The notes: a model not told the origin generated them from the letters alone. Shown: positions 8,621 to 19,081, counted from the stretch's first letter. The stretch: DNA of 64,000 nucleotides from Nitrospirota bacterium (GCA_963790205.1 CAWBNQ010000003.1:640001-704000), one strand, 5' to 3'. Numbers and translations are program-made.

Positions 8621-10750
8621 TCAACGCTCCATCTCTTCAGGCGGAATATACAATTCCAGCCCGATCTTCATGCCTTCCTTGTAGGTGATCCTCGGCGCCT
8701 GTCTCGTTCCGGGCTTCCGCTTCACGGGTTCGATCGCCACGGCACAGACCTTGAACTCGGGGATCTTGGCGTTCGGGTCAACGGCATTGATCGTGAGCAG
8801 GTTCGCAGCGGCCTCCCGGAAATGAAAAGGCAGGAAAACGATGCCTTCCGGCACAACGCCGGTAATGTTCGCCTTCACCTCGATGCTGCCTCTTCGCGAT
8901 CTGATGCGCACGGGTTCTCCCGAGCGGATCCCGAGCCTTCCCGCATCCGCGGGGTTGATCTCGACGAGGCATTCCGGCTCCTCGCGCTCGAGCGTTGCGG
9001 TCCGGCGGCACATGGTCCCCGTATGATAGTGGAAGTAACTCCGGCCCGTCGTCAGGATAAAAGGATAGTCGCTGTCCGTGGGCTCCGCAGGCGGAATGAA
9101 CTCCACGGGTATGAAAGCGCCCATGCCGCGGGCGAATTTTTTACGGTGCAGGTACGGCGTGCCCGGATGGTCCATGCCCGGGCAGGGCCACTGGAGCCCG
9201 AAATTCGCGTCGAGCCGGTGGTGGAGCACGCCGCCGTAGGAGGGCGTCAGGATGGCTATCTCTTCCATGATCTCGTGCGAAGCGCGGTAATCCATGGGAT
9301 AGCCCATGAGCTTGGACAGCCCGCAGATGATCTCGTAATCGGGCCTGGCCTCGCCGGGAGGCGGCACGGCGCGCCGGATCTTCTGCACCCGCCGCTCGGT
9401 GTTCGTATAGGTCCCGTCCTTTTCCGCGAAGCTTGCCGCGGGCAAGATCACCTGGGCGAACTCCGCGGTGTCTGTCGGGAATATGTCCTGGACCGCGAGG
9501 AACTCGAGCCTGGAAAGCGCATCTTTCACATGGGCCGTGTCGGGGTCCGAGATCACGGGGTTCTCTCCCATGATGTACATCGCCCGTATCTTTCCGTTGA
9601 GGATGCCGTCGATCATCTCGGTGACCGTGAGTCCTGGCGTATCCGGCATGGGGCGCGACCAGGCCAGCTCGAACTTTTTTCTCATCGCGGGATCAGCGAC
9701 CTTCTGGTAGCCCGAGTAAACATCGGGAAGGGCGCCCACATCGCAGGCCCCCTGCACGTTGTTCTGGCCGCGGAGCGGGTTCAGGCCCGTCATGGGCTGG
9801 CCGATATGGGCCGTGAGCATCACGAGGTTGGCGCAGGAACGCACGTTGTCAACGCCGGTGATATGCTGGGTGATCCCCATGGAATAGAAGAGCATGGAGC
9901 GTTTTTCAGACGCATAGAGCCGGGCCGCCTTGCGGATGTCCCCCGCAGGCACCGAGGTTATCTGTTCCGCAATGTCGGGTGTATAGGTCATGACGCGCTG
10001 TTCGAAGTCGTCGAAGTTTTCGGTGCGCTGACGTATAAAGGAGACGTCCACGAGCCCCTCGGTAATAATCACGTGCATCATGGCGTTCAGGAGCGCCACG
10101 TCCGTGCCGCTCTTGTGTCTCAGGTGGAGGCGGGCGAACCGGGCGATCTGCGTGCGCCGCGGGTCGGCAACGATCAATGTCGCGCCGCGGTCCCTTGCCT
10201 CAAGCATGTGCATGCCGATCATGGGATGCTGTTCCGTGGTGTTCGAGCCGATCACGAAGATGACGCGGGCGTCCCTGATCTCATCGATGGAGTTGGTCAT
10301 GGCGCCGGAGCCGAAGGCCGCGGCCAGGCCGCCCACGGTGGAGGAGTGGCAGAGCCGGGCACAGTGGTCGACGTTGTTCGTGCCCACGACGGCGCGGGCG
10401 AACTTCATGAGCACGAAGTTCTCCTCGTTCGTGCACTTGGCGGAGCCCAGGATGCCGATAGCGTCCGGGCCGTATTTATTCTTTATCTCCGTAAGCCTTG
10501 CAGCGGTCGCTCCGAGCGCCTCGTCCCAGGTCGCGTGCCGGAAAGCGCCGCCATCGCGCATGAGCGGAAACTGCAAACGGTCGGGGTGCTGCACGAACTC
10601 GTGGCAGTTCCAGCCCTTGACGCAGAGCGTGCCGTGATTGACGGGATGCTTCCTGTTCGGCGATACGCCGGTGATGAGGTTCTGTTCTACGTGAAGGTAG
10701 AGCCCGCAGCCGCAGCCGCAGTAGGGGCAGGTTGTAGAAACTTTTTCCAT
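8621..10750 (-). CDS. fdhF: Formate dehydrogenase alpha subunit (Mo/W-bis-MGD, Cys-type)
   Basis: TTCPYCGCGC..C Fe-S motif, DHCARLCHS active site, PLRGQNNVQGACD, PEFKVCAV. Confidence 0.93.
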   Translation of the reverse strand: MEKVSTTCPYCGCGCGLYLHVEQNLITGVSPNRKHPVNHGTLCVKGWNCHEFVQHPDRLQFPLMRDGGAFRHATWDEALGATAARLTEIKNKYGPDAIGILGSAKCTNEENFVLMKFARAVVGTNNVDHCARLCHSSTVGGLAAAFGSGAMTNSIDEIRDARVIFVIGSNTTEQHPMIGMHMLEARDRGATLIVADPRRTQIARFARLHLRHKSGTDVALLNAMMHVIITEGLVDVSFIRQRTENFDDFEQRVMTYTPDIAEQITSVPAGDIRKAARLYASEKRSMLFYSMGITQHITGVDNVRSCANLVMLTAHIGQPMTGLNPLRGQNNVQGACDVGALPDVYSGYQKVADPAMRKKFELAWSRPMPDTPGLTVTEMIDGILNGKIRAMYIMGENPVISDPDTAHVKDALSRLEFLAVQDIFPTDTAEFAQVILPAASFAEKDGTYTNTERRVQKIRRAVPPPGEARPDYEIICGLSKLMGYPMDYRASHEIMEEIAILTPSYGGVLHHRLDANFGLQWPCPGMDHPGTPYLHRKKFARGMGAFIPVEFIPPAEPTDSDYPFILTTGRSYFHYHTGTMCRRTATLEREEPECLVEINPADAGRLGIRSGEPVRIRSRRGSIEVKANITGVVPEGIVFLPFHFREAAANLLTINAVDPNAKIPEFKVCAVAIEPVKRKPGTRQAPRITYKEGMKIGLELYIPPEEMER

Positions 10751-10932
10751 AACACTTTATTATAACACCTCGTCCGAAAAAAAAGCAAAGAAAAGAGGAC
10801 TCTTTTGGGGCAGAATGAGCAGTCCTTCGCGCTGCGTTTGTTTCACAAGATTGCAACTGAGACGTGGGTCGTTTTCGGGGGACTTTTTTCGATGTTTAGT
10901 TTTCTTCCCTCGTGGAAACGAAGCGGACTGCT

Positions 10933-12393
10933 TCATTTTCCACTTGCAGGCGGTCTGTGAGCGGATTTGCGCGACTCCAGCCCCTTGACCTCGCCGACAC
11001 GGTGGATCTTCATCATGTTCGTGCTGCCGGCCACGCCCACGGGGACGCCGGCGGTAATCACGATGAGGTCGTGCTGTTGCGCGAGATTTCGAAAGATCAT
11101 GGCGCGCTCTACGCTCGCGATCATGTCGTCGGTAGTGCGCTTGGTCTTGAGGAGGATGGGGGTCACGCCCCAGTAGAGAGACATCTTTCTGGCCACCAGA
11201 TCGAACGGCGTCGGCGCAATGATGCCCATCCTGGGGCGATGCTTCGAAACCAGGAGCGCGGTGGAGCCGGACTGGGTGAAGGTCACGATCGCCTGCGCCT
11301 GCTGTTCCTCCGCCGCGCGGCAGGCGGCATGGGCCACGCTCTCGTCCGGGCCGGAGATATGGACATCGGGCGGCCAGGGGTTCAAGGACGTTTCGGTCTG
11401 CACGGCGAACCTCGCCATTACCTCAACGGCCTGGACCGGGTAGTTTCCCATCGCGGTCTCGCCTGAAAGCATGACACAGTCCGTGCCGTCCAGGATGGCG
11501 TTTGCCACGTCCGAGGCCTCTGCGCGCGTGGGCTGGGGGTTCTCGATCATGCTTTCGAGCATCTGCGTGGCCGTGATCACCGGTTTTTCCGCCCAATGGC
11601 AGGCTTCAATTATTTTTTTCTGGAGCATCGGCACCTGTTCGGGCGACATCTCCACGCCCAAGTCGCCCCGCGCCACCATGATCCCGTCGGCCGCCTCAAT
11701 GATCTCAGCGAGATTGTGGATTGCCTCGGGTTTTTCAATCTTTGCGATGATCGGGATGTCAGCGCCGTGAGCTTTCAGGAACAGACGCGTTGCGATGATG
11801 TCTTTGGCCGTGCGCACGAACGAGAGCGCGATATAGTCCACGCCCCGGGCGATGCCGAAACGGAGGTCCGACTTGTCCTTGGGAGAGAGCGACGAAAGCG
11901 AAAGGAGCGCGCCGGGCAGGTTCACTCCTTTGTGGCTTTTGAGAACGCCTCCGCGGACCACCTTGCATGCCAGGCCGGCGGCGCTTTTTTTCACGACTTT
12001 CAGTTCAAGCCTGCCGTCGTCCAGAAGCATTGCTGCGCCGATTTTCAGGTCTTTTTTCAGACGAGGATAGGTCACGGAGATGACACGGTTCGTCCCTATG
12101 ATCTTCTTCGTCGTCACGGTCACGGCATCTCCGCGCCGCAGGGTCACCGCGTCATTCTGCATGACGCCGACGCGCAGCTTCGGACCCTGGAGGTCCTGGA
12201 TGATGGCGATCTGTTTTCCCGCCTTTTCAGCCTCCTGTCGGAGGAGCCTGATGCGCTTCGTGTGGTCGTTCCAATCGCCGTGAGAGAAGTTCAGCCTCGC
12301 CGCGTCCATGCCCGCGCGGATGAGTTTTGCGATGACGGCGGGTGAGCTTGATGCCGGGCCGATGGTGGCGATGATCTTGGTGCGTTTGTGCAT
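10933..12393 (-). CDS. pyk: Pyruvate kinase
   Basis: RTKIIATIGPAS, RLNFSHG, IMVARGDLGVE, MLSGETA. Confidence 0.97.
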   Translation of the reverse strand: MHKRTKIIATIGPASSSPAVIAKLIRAGMDAARLNFSHGDWNDHTKRIRLLRQEAEKAGKQIAIIQDLQGPKLRVGVMQNDAVTLRRGDAVTVTTKKIIGTNRVISVTYPRLKKDLKIGAAMLLDDGRLELKVVKKSAAGLACKVVRGGVLKSHKGVNLPGALLSLSSLSPKDKSDLRFGIARGVDYIALSFVRTAKDIIATRLFLKAHGADIPIIAKIEKPEAIHNLAEIIEAADGIMVARGDLGVEMSPEQVPMLQKKIIEACHWAEKPVITATQMLESMIENPQPTRAEASDVANAILDGTDCVMLSGETAMGNYPVQAVEVMARFAVQTETSLNPWPPDVHISGPDESVAHAACRAAEEQQAQAIVTFTQSGSTALLVSKHRPRMGIIAPTPFDLVARKMSLYWGVTPILLKTKRTTDDMIASVERAMIFRNLAQQHDLIVITAGVPVGVAGSTNMMKIHRVGEVKGLESRKSAHRPPASGK

Positions 12394-12511
12394 GGTTTTT
12401 ATTATAGCCTATCACACATGAATGTGCAGAAAAATCCAGAAGAAAAAAGCTTTTTTGCCACGAATGAGCACGGATAGATCCGGATAAATGAGCGGGCAAT
12501 AGGTTTTTACC

Positions 12512-12625
12512 GGCATTACGTTCCGCATTCCGCCTGCGCCCAGCGTTTACGAGTGCCTGGCGTAGTCTGCTCTTGCGAAACCGCGGCCATAAACGAGTGC
12601 AGGGTGAAGTCCGCATTCCGCATTT
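12512..12625. repeat. TTCCGCA-heptamer-flanked short interspersed element (homologous copy at 36679-36760)
   Basis: TCCGCCTGCGCCCAGCGTTTACGAGTGC...CGAGTGCAGGG..CCGCATTCCGCA. Confidence 0.65.
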
Positions 12626-12627
12626 GC

Positions 12628-12770
12628 CTACGGTTCTATCTTCACCAGCTCATACTTCTTCGATCCGAGCCCCAGTCGCTCCGCCTCGTCGATCTGGAGC
12701 TGCATGGGCCGGGGATTGAGCTTGAACATGATGTCGTCGCCGGGCTTTATGCCCGCTTCTTCTAAAAAAA
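12628..12770 (-). pseudogene. C-terminal remnant of a DUF362/Fe-S-type protein
   Basis: Manual translation LEEAGIKPGDDIMFKLNPRPMQLQIDEAERLGLGSKKYELVKIEP*; no upstream gene body. Confidence 0.55.
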
Positions 12771-12879
12771 GCAGTATGGGGCCGATGTATGCCGCGTCTG
12801 AAATATGGTCCTATGACTATTTTTTTAAGCGAGATTGAATCAACGGCCGGTTCGGCATTCTTGGTTCAACCATGCCGCA

Positions 12880-13311
12880 TTAATGAGACGGTTTACTATC
12901 CTGCTTCGAAATATAAACAAGAAACATTCGCGCGTCGCGCAAGTCCGGGTCTAATTGGAGCGCGATCTCGAACTGCTGACGCGCCCTGTTTATTTCACCC
13001 ATACTGACATACGATATGCCGAGGCTCTCATGTGCTTTTGCCAGGCCGGGTTCCACTTGGGTTGCGAGCAGGTATTGTTCGAAGGCCTTGCGCGGAAGAC
13101 GGTTCGTATCATAGGCCCTCCCTAAATTATGATGGACCCGTCCCTTGTTCGGGCTTTTTGCGGCTGCATCCTCCAATAAAGCGATATCATTTTGCCAGAC
13201 GGCATTCCTCGCATAGGTGCTCCCCGCCAGGACAACAACGGCAAGCGTCAGCAAAAACAACCTGCCGCTGTTCAATATTTTCCGCATCCTCATCCCGACC
13301 GCGCTCACCAT
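12880..13311 (-). CDS. TPR-repeat protein (resembles the C-terminal part of TMTC-like membrane proteins)
   Basis: TYARNAVWQND..KSPNKGRVHHNLG and TPR helices. Confidence 0.75.
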   Translation of the reverse strand: MVSAVGMRMRKILNSGRLFLLTLAVVVLAGSTYARNAVWQNDIALLEDAAAKSPNKGRVHHNLGRAYDTNRLPRKAFEQYLLATQVEPGLAKAHESLGISYVSMGEINRARQQFEIALQLDPDLRDARMFLVYISKQDSKPSH

Positions 13312-13611
13312 GGCCCCTTACAATGTTCCGTCGACAATGCCTAACGCCGCGGTTTTTCCGGATAACAGGCTGCTTTCCCGCGAAGCACGTTCTTCTGCTG
13401 CGGCAAGGGCGTCTTGTTCCCCTACGCCGCGAGAGAGAGGGAGGTTCCTGGAATGCCACGGGGAATCGATGTCCCGCCCCACGGGCTCCGGCGATGCCGC
13501 AGACGGTCCCTGCGGACCCGCCTCCGATCGAACCCCGGACAACCGCTGAAGCATGTCCGACAGGAGGCCCTGAGCTGCCTTATTTGCACGCATGAACGGT
13601 TGTTTCCGTAC

Positions 13612-14481
13612 TTAGTACATCGGGTGGCACGCGACACAGATCGCGGGAAGGCGAAGTTTGTTCTTGCTGTCCGCTCCCTTTGCGGCTGCCTCACGCTGGA
13701 TGACTCCCTGCTGGTGCGGATTGTGGCAGGTGGAACAGGTGATGCGCCCTCTCGGGATGAGGGGGAGGATGACCATGTCACGCTCTTCGGCTTGATGCAT
13801 GCTGTTGAGCATCTCCGCAGAGGGCCTTACCAGAAAATGGGTGCTGAAGAACGGGTCAGGCATGGGCGGATGACAGCGCCAGCAGAGAAATCCGATGTCG
13901 GCCCTGAATTTCACGCTATCCGTATAATCTTTTTCCGGGTCAGGCATCTGTGAATGACACAGGAGACATACCGGTTTGCCGTTGACCTCTCTGAAATTAT
14001 TTTTATCGTCCAGCATCAGGTGAGGATTGATTCCTGCGTACCGTTCGCCCGAGTGGCACCGAAAGCAGATCTGCCGGCGATCCTTGGTATAGGGTCCGCC
14101 CCGCAATAGTTTCGGGGTCCCTTCCTTTCCGGGCCCGCCGTGAATCTCATGGCAGGTCAGGCACCTCACCTTGCCTTCGAATAAGGGGAAGGGGAACCCG
14201 GCAGTGACGGCTGGAGTAAAATCGACAGGATGATGGTTTTCTTGGTAGTCATGACAGTTGAGACAGGAGGTGGAGGGCTCGACGCCCGGGGCGAAGAGCG
14301 CTCCGCCCGGTTGGGGTTTTGCCGTTGCATGACACGCCACACAGAGCGTGTGCGGATTTTTGTACGCAGGGACGGAATAGACGGAATAGCCGGTATTTTG
14401 CGGCGTGATCAGCGCTTGCAGGCTGCAGGATGACGCCAGGATTGCCGTGGACAACACAAAGCATTTAACGAAAAAGCGCAT
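13612..14481 (-). CDS. Multiheme (8 x CxxCH) cytochrome c lipoprotein
   Basis: CVACH, CLNCH, CLTCH, CFRCH, CLLCH, CWRCH, CSTCH, CVACH; signal peptide with LASSC lipobox-like site. Confidence 0.9.
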   Translation of the reverse strand: MRFFVKCFVLSTAILASSCSLQALITPQNTGYSVYSVPAYKNPHTLCVACHATAKPQPGGALFAPGVEPSTSCLNCHDYQENHHPVDFTPAVTAGFPFPLFEGKVRCLTCHEIHGGPGKEGTPKLLRGGPYTKDRRQICFRCHSGERYAGINPHLMLDDKNNFREVNGKPVCLLCHSQMPDPEKDYTDSVKFRADIGFLCWRCHPPMPDPFFSTHFLVRPSAEMLNSMHQAEERDMVILPLIPRGRITCSTCHNPHQQGVIQREAAAKGADSKNKLRLPAICVACHPMY

Positions 14482-14620
14482 TTAAAATAATAACACAAGC
14501 GGCCGAATAAGTAAACACCCTGTTCCTTTTTTTGGCGCCGGATTTATCGGGTCAGCCACCCGCGGTGCTGACGCGATTCCGCTATCCGTGCGGGTGCATT
14601 GTTCAACCCTATGCAGTCTG

Positions 14621-15448
14621 TTATACCTTCAGGCTTTCCTTATACACATCTTTTTTAGGCAGGCCGAGCTCTTCCGCGGCGGCAGCGATGGCTTCTTTCT
14701 TGCTCAGGCCGCGATGCAGCATGAGGTTTTTGAGGAATTCCGCAGTGTCGATGTCCTGCTTAAGCGGCTCCGCTGATGCCCCGTGCACGATGACCGTGAA
14801 TTCTCCTTTTATCGTTCCGTGCTGCAACCGGCTCAGAAGCTCGGAAAGTGTTCCCCGGATCGTTTCTTCATGGATCTTGGTCAGCTCCCGGGTAACGACC
14901 GCCCGCCGATCGCCGAAGACTTCGAGCAGGTCCTCGACGGTCCCGATGATCTTATGCGGGGCTTCGTAGAAGATGATCGTGCGTTCTTCTTTGACAAGCT
15001 CCCGGAGACGTTTAAGCCGGGCCATACGCTTTGCCGGGAGAAAGCCTTCGAATACAAAGCGGTCCGTGGGAAGGCCGGAGATCGAAAGCGCCGCAATGGC
15101 CGCTGTAGCGCCGGGGATGGGGACCACGGGGATTTTCTGGTCTACGGCCAGGTTGATCAGGAAGTAACCGGGATCGGAGATGCCGGGAGTGCCTGCATCG
15201 GAAACGAGAGCGAGGTTCTTGCCTTCGAGGAGCCGTGCCGCGAGGACCGGGGCTTTCTCTTCTTTGTTATGGTCGTGATAGCTCGTGAGCTGCGTTTCTA
15301 TTTGATAGCGGTCGAGCAAATGCCTCGTATGGCGCGTGTCCTCGGCCGCGATCAAGTCGACTTCCTTGAGCACGCGGACCGCCCGGAGAGTGATGTCCTC
15401 GAGGTTCCCGATGGGGGTGGCGACTATGTAGAGTATTCCTGATTGCAT
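14621..15448 (-). CDS. rsmI: 16S rRNA (cytidine1402-2'-O)-methyltransferase
   Basis: LYIVATPIGNLEDITLRA, VSDAGTPGISDPG, RELTKIHEE. Confidence 0.95.
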   Translation of the reverse strand: MQSGILYIVATPIGNLEDITLRAVRVLKEVDLIAAEDTRHTRHLLDRYQIETQLTSYHDHNKEEKAPVLAARLLEGKNLALVSDAGTPGISDPGYFLINLAVDQKIPVVPIPGATAAIAALSISGLPTDRFVFEGFLPAKRMARLKRLRELVKEERTIIFYEAPHKIIGTVEDLLEVFGDRRAVVTRELTKIHEETIRGTLSELLSRLQHGTIKGEFTVIVHGASAEPLKQDIDTAEFLKNLMLHRGLSKKEAIAAAAEELGLPKKDVYKESLKV

Positions 15449-15461
15449 AAAGTCAAAGGCG

Positions 15462-15592
15462 GTTTCTCGCAAAGCTCGCAAAGGGCGCCAAGGAAACCAA
15501 AAACAAGAACAAGGATTTGTCTTTCAAACAAATCTTAATTCAGGTTTAATTCTTAGCTTTTCTTTGCGCCCTTTGCGAGCTTTGCGAGAAAC
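15462..15592. repeat. Empty CGCAAAG-type inverted-repeat element (copy A)
   Basis: 31-bp arms GTTTCTCGCAAAGCTCGCAAAGGGCGCCAAG and its reverse complement (1 mismatch) around an AT-rich spacer. Confidence 0.9.
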
Positions 15593-15641
15593 AGATCTGA
15601 TCTTTTGCTGTTTCTTTATTATCTTCTCGCGAGAAATAGTC

Positions 15642-17366
15642 TTAATAGCTTTTGTACCTGTTCGTGATCGGGAACCTTCTATCTTTCCCCAGTCCCCTTG
15701 GCGTGATCTTGACCCCGGGAGGGGCCTGGCGGCGTTTGTACTCGCTGGAATCCACGAGCCGGATCACGCGCTCCACGGTCTTCCGGTCGAAGCCCATCCT
15801 GATCATCTCGTCGAATTCCCTGTCGTCCTCGACATAGGCCTTGAGGATCGGGTCGAGCACCTCGTACTCGGGCAGGGAATCGCTGTCCTTCTGGTTCGGA
15901 CGGAGCTCCGCGGTCGGCGCCTTCACGAGGACGCGTTTCGGAATGACGGTCCTGCCCGCAAGGCGGTTGACGCACCTGCAGATGTCATAGACCAGGGTCT
16001 TGGGAACGTCCTTGATCACGGCAAAGCCCCCGGCCATGTCGCCGTAGAGCGTGGCATAGCCCGTGGACATCTCGCTCTTGTTGCCGGTGGTGAGCACGAG
16101 CCAGCCGAACTTGTTCGAGAGCGCCATGAGAATATTGCCCCTGATCCGCGCCTGCAGGTTCTCTTCGGTCACGTCCTGCTTCGTGTGCGAAAATATGCCG
16201 CGCAGGGTGTTGAGAAAGGCATTGAAGGGCTGGTGGATGGGGATGCTGAACATCTTAATGCCGAGAGTCCGCGCGAGCTCGGTCGCGTCCTCGCAGCTTT
16301 CGTCGGAGCTGAACTCCGACGGCATGAACACGCCGTGGACGTTTTCCCTGCCGATGGCCGCCACGGCGACGGCGGCAACGAGGGACGAGTCGATCCCGCC
16401 CGAAAGGCCGATGACCACGGACCTGAACCCGGTCTTTTTCATGTAATCCCGCGTCCCGAGGACGAGCGCGCGGTATACTTCTTCGCACAGCCTGTAGGGC
16501 CGCGCGATGCGTGCGGGAGGCAGCGGTTTTTTCCTCGCACCCGGCTTGTCCGAAATGACGACGGAATCGATCGTATCCCGGTGTTCGTCGAGGATCAGCT
16601 CTGACGTCGTGTCCGCGCCGCGGCGGGGCGGGCCGGGAAGTTTTATGTCGTAGGAGATAAGCTCTTCCTCGAACTGCTTTCCGGCCGCGAGCAGATTCCC
16701 CTTCGGGTCCAGGATCATGCTGTGGCCGTCGAAGACCAGCTCGTCCTGCCCGCCGACGGTGTTCGTGTACACGATGAAGACGTTGTTCTCTTTCGCGCGG
16801 AGGGCGAGCATCCGCCGGCGTTCTTTGCCTTTCCCCTTATGATAGGGCGAGGCGTTCACGGCTATGATGATCTCGGCGCCTGCCAGGGCCTGGGTACGGG
16901 CGGGACCGTCGGCGTACCAGATGTCCTCGCAAATGTTGACGCCGATATTCACGCCCTTGACCGTGATGACGGGGAAGCGCTTCCCCGGCTTGAAGTAGCG
17001 GTATTCATCGAACACGCCGTAGTTCGGGAGCAGCATCTTGTGATAGACATGGACGAGCTTGCCGTTGCTCATGATCGCCGCGGCGTCATAGATGTGGTCG
17101 TTCGAGTCCACGTATCCGACGATCGCCGTGATGCCGCGCGTCGCTCTCGTGATCTCCCTGAGCGTGCGCAGGTTGTCCTTCACGAATTGCGGCTTGAGAA
17201 TGAGGTCTTCGGGCGGATAGCCGGTGACGGCGAGCTCGGTGAAGGCGACGATATCGGCGCCCTGCTTCTTCGCGCGATCGATATACTCGATGATCTTGTC
17301 CCGGTTGCCCTTGAGGTCGCCCACAGTGGGGTTTATCTGGGCCATGGCGATGCGGAGTGTTCTCAT
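15642..17366 (-). CDS. nadE: Glutamine-dependent NAD+ synthetase
   Basis: Nitrilase-like domain (GYPPED, ICEDIW) plus LSGGIDS, NLQARIRG, TTGNKSE, EYKRRQ. Confidence 0.96.
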   Translation of the reverse strand: MRTLRIAMAQINPTVGDLKGNRDKIIEYIDRAKKQGADIVAFTELAVTGYPPEDLILKPQFVKDNLRTLREITRATRGITAIVGYVDSNDHIYDAAAIMSNGKLVHVYHKMLLPNYGVFDEYRYFKPGKRFPVITVKGVNIGVNICEDIWYADGPARTQALAGAEIIIAVNASPYHKGKGKERRRMLALRAKENNVFIVYTNTVGGQDELVFDGHSMILDPKGNLLAAGKQFEEELISYDIKLPGPPRRGADTTSELILDEHRDTIDSVVISDKPGARKKPLPPARIARPYRLCEEVYRALVLGTRDYMKKTGFRSVVIGLSGGIDSSLVAAVAVAAIGRENVHGVFMPSEFSSDESCEDATELARTLGIKMFSIPIHQPFNAFLNTLRGIFSHTKQDVTEENLQARIRGNILMALSNKFGWLVLTTGNKSEMSTGYATLYGDMAGGFAVIKDVPKTLVYDICRCVNRLAGRTVIPKRVLVKAPTAELRPNQKDSDSLPEYEVLDPILKAYVEDDREFDEMIRMGFDRKTVERVIRLVDSSEYKRRQAPPGVKITPRGLGKDRRFPITNRYKSY

Positions 17367-17413
17367 AAGGTTCTCACTAAGATAATTATAAAATCAACAA
17401 ATGCTGGAAGCAG

Positions 17414-17896
17414 GTTTCTCGCAAAGCTCGCAAAGGGCGCAAAGGGAGGCATAAGTCCAAGTTAAAATCAAAGGCCATTCGCGATACGGGTAATGCCATC
17501 CTTCATCAGTTCGACATTGAAATTGACAAGCAAACCCAGCTTCTTTTTAGAGAGCTTCAGGTAAGTCAATAATTGCTTCTTGTGAACCGGAATGACGTTT
17601 TCGATAGATTTTAATTCTATAATAACTTTGTCATCTACCATAACATCAGCTCTGGATCCGATGTCCATCGTGATTTCATCATACACAACAGGGACGTCTA
17701 CCTGGTTGGTAGCCTTGATGCCAAGTTTTTTAAGCTCATAAACGAGTGCAGCTTCATAAACAGACTCCAAAAGGCCAGGGCCGAGGGTCCTGTGAATTTT
17801 CACACACAGGTCAACAACAATTTTGGCTATTTCGTTTTCCGACAATACTATCGCTCCTCAGCCTTCCTTTGCGTCCTTAGCGAGCTTTGCGAGAAA
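17414..17896. mobile_element. Putative GxxExxY element: gene bracketed by about 36-bp CGCAAAG inverted repeats (copy B)
   Basis: Left arm 17415-17450 TTTCTCGCAAAGCTCGCAAAGGGCGCAAAGGGAGGC; right arm 17861-17896 is its reverse complement with 3 mismatches. Confidence 0.65.
17468..17845 (-). CDS. GxxExxY protein (PD-(D/E)XK nuclease-like)
   Basis: HRTLGPGLLESVYE, RADVMVDDKVIIELKS, QLLTYLK, GLLVNF; GAGGAG RBS before TTG; AT-richer than its neighbours. Confidence 0.93.
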   Translation of the reverse strand: MSENEIAKIVVDLCVKIHRTLGPGLLESVYEAALVYELKKLGIKATNQVDVPVVYDEITMDIGSRADVMVDDKVIIELKSIENVIPVHKKQLLTYLKLSKKKLGLLVNFNVELMKDGITRIANGL

Positions 17897-19054
17897 AATG
17901 ACTCTTCGCTTCTTCTATCACGTCCTTGAGCGGCACCTGTTTCTCCTCCGCGAGCCGTCTACAATCCTCATACTCCGGCGTGGCTGTCAGCACTTCCTCT
18001 CCACGCCTGCTTATCTTTACCCGGATCTTACCATATGTTGTATCGACTTCCTCGATCTCACGCGTCAGTTTCTTTCTGTCCACTTCCCGGATACGGACGC
18101 CGATGCTCGTGGTCTCTCGGAAGATGGTGTCGAGCATCGCTTCGGTTTTGGTCTTATCCGTGAGCACCGAGAGCAGGATTGCGGGCCTTCCTTTTTTCAT
18201 GATGATCGGCGTAAGATACGCGTCCTGCGCCCCCTGCTTCATGAAGTTTCTCGATGAGGTAATCATAGACCTGCGGGTTCATATCGTCAATGTTTGTTTC
18301 GATGACGATCGAGGTGTCCTCTTCATAGGCGGCGGCCGGTTCTCCGATCATGAGCCTCAGGACGTTCGGCTGGTCCGGAATTTCCCTGCCTCCCGCCCCA
18401 TGCGCTATGCGGCTTAACCTCATGTGGGGCAGGGGGCCGAACGATGAAGCCAGTGTGCTCAGGAGAACGGCCCCGGTCGGCGTGGTGAGTTCGAAGGGGA
18501 TCGAAGAGCCGTACGAGGGAATACCCTTGAGCAGCTCGGCCGTGGCAGGGGCGGGGACGGGCAGGGTCCCGTGGGCGGTCTTGATCGTACCCGACCCCAC
18601 GTTCACCGGCGAGCCGACAATGGCTGTGACATCGAGCAGCTCAAGGCCGATGACTGACCCGACGATATCCACGATCGCATCCACAGCGCCTACCTCGTGA
18701 AAGTGGACCTTGTCAGGCGTTGTGCCATGGACCCTGGCCTCCGCTTCTGCCAGCCGATCGAAAATAGTGATGCTTTTCTGCTTGAACGGACGAAGAGAGG
18801 GTAGATGCTTCGATCAACTTTTTTATATCCGCAAGATGGCGGGCAGGCTGCTCCTTCTCATCGAGGCAGACATGCACCTTGGTTGCCGGGATGCCGGAAC
18901 GCATCACCTTCAAGGCCGTGATCTCATATCCCGGCAAATTCAGCTTCTCCAGCTCCGCACGCAGGATTTCGATGGCCACACCCGCGTCCACGAGCGCACC
19001 CAGGGTCATGTCGCCGGATATGCCGGAAAAACAGTCGAAGTAAGCAAGGGTCAT
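17877..19054 (-). CDS. larC: Nickel-pincer cofactor biosynthesis protein LarC (two apparent +1 frameshifts, near 18785 and 18244)
   Basis: YFDCFSGISGDMTLGAL, VHFHEVGAVDAIVD, ELTTPTGA, ETNIDD, MKKGRP and PEYEDC spread over three ORF pieces. Confidence 0.9.
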
Positions 19055-19081
19055 AGTTTAAACCAAAATCGAAGGCTTGTC

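Noticed and set aside
10340..10370. Selenocysteine in FdhF
   Set aside because: The active-site codon is TGC (Cys) in HCARLCH.
8612..10765. Long antisense ORFs (e.g. 8612-10765 +, 92-1591 -, 56583-58055 -)
   Set aside because: These are shadow frames of high-GC genes and have no recognisable motifs.
18230..18260. Programmed ribosomal frameshift in larC, as known for some larC1/larC2 genes
   Set aside because: No slippery heptamer is visible, larC has a second similar break, and five comparable indels occur in unrelated genes.
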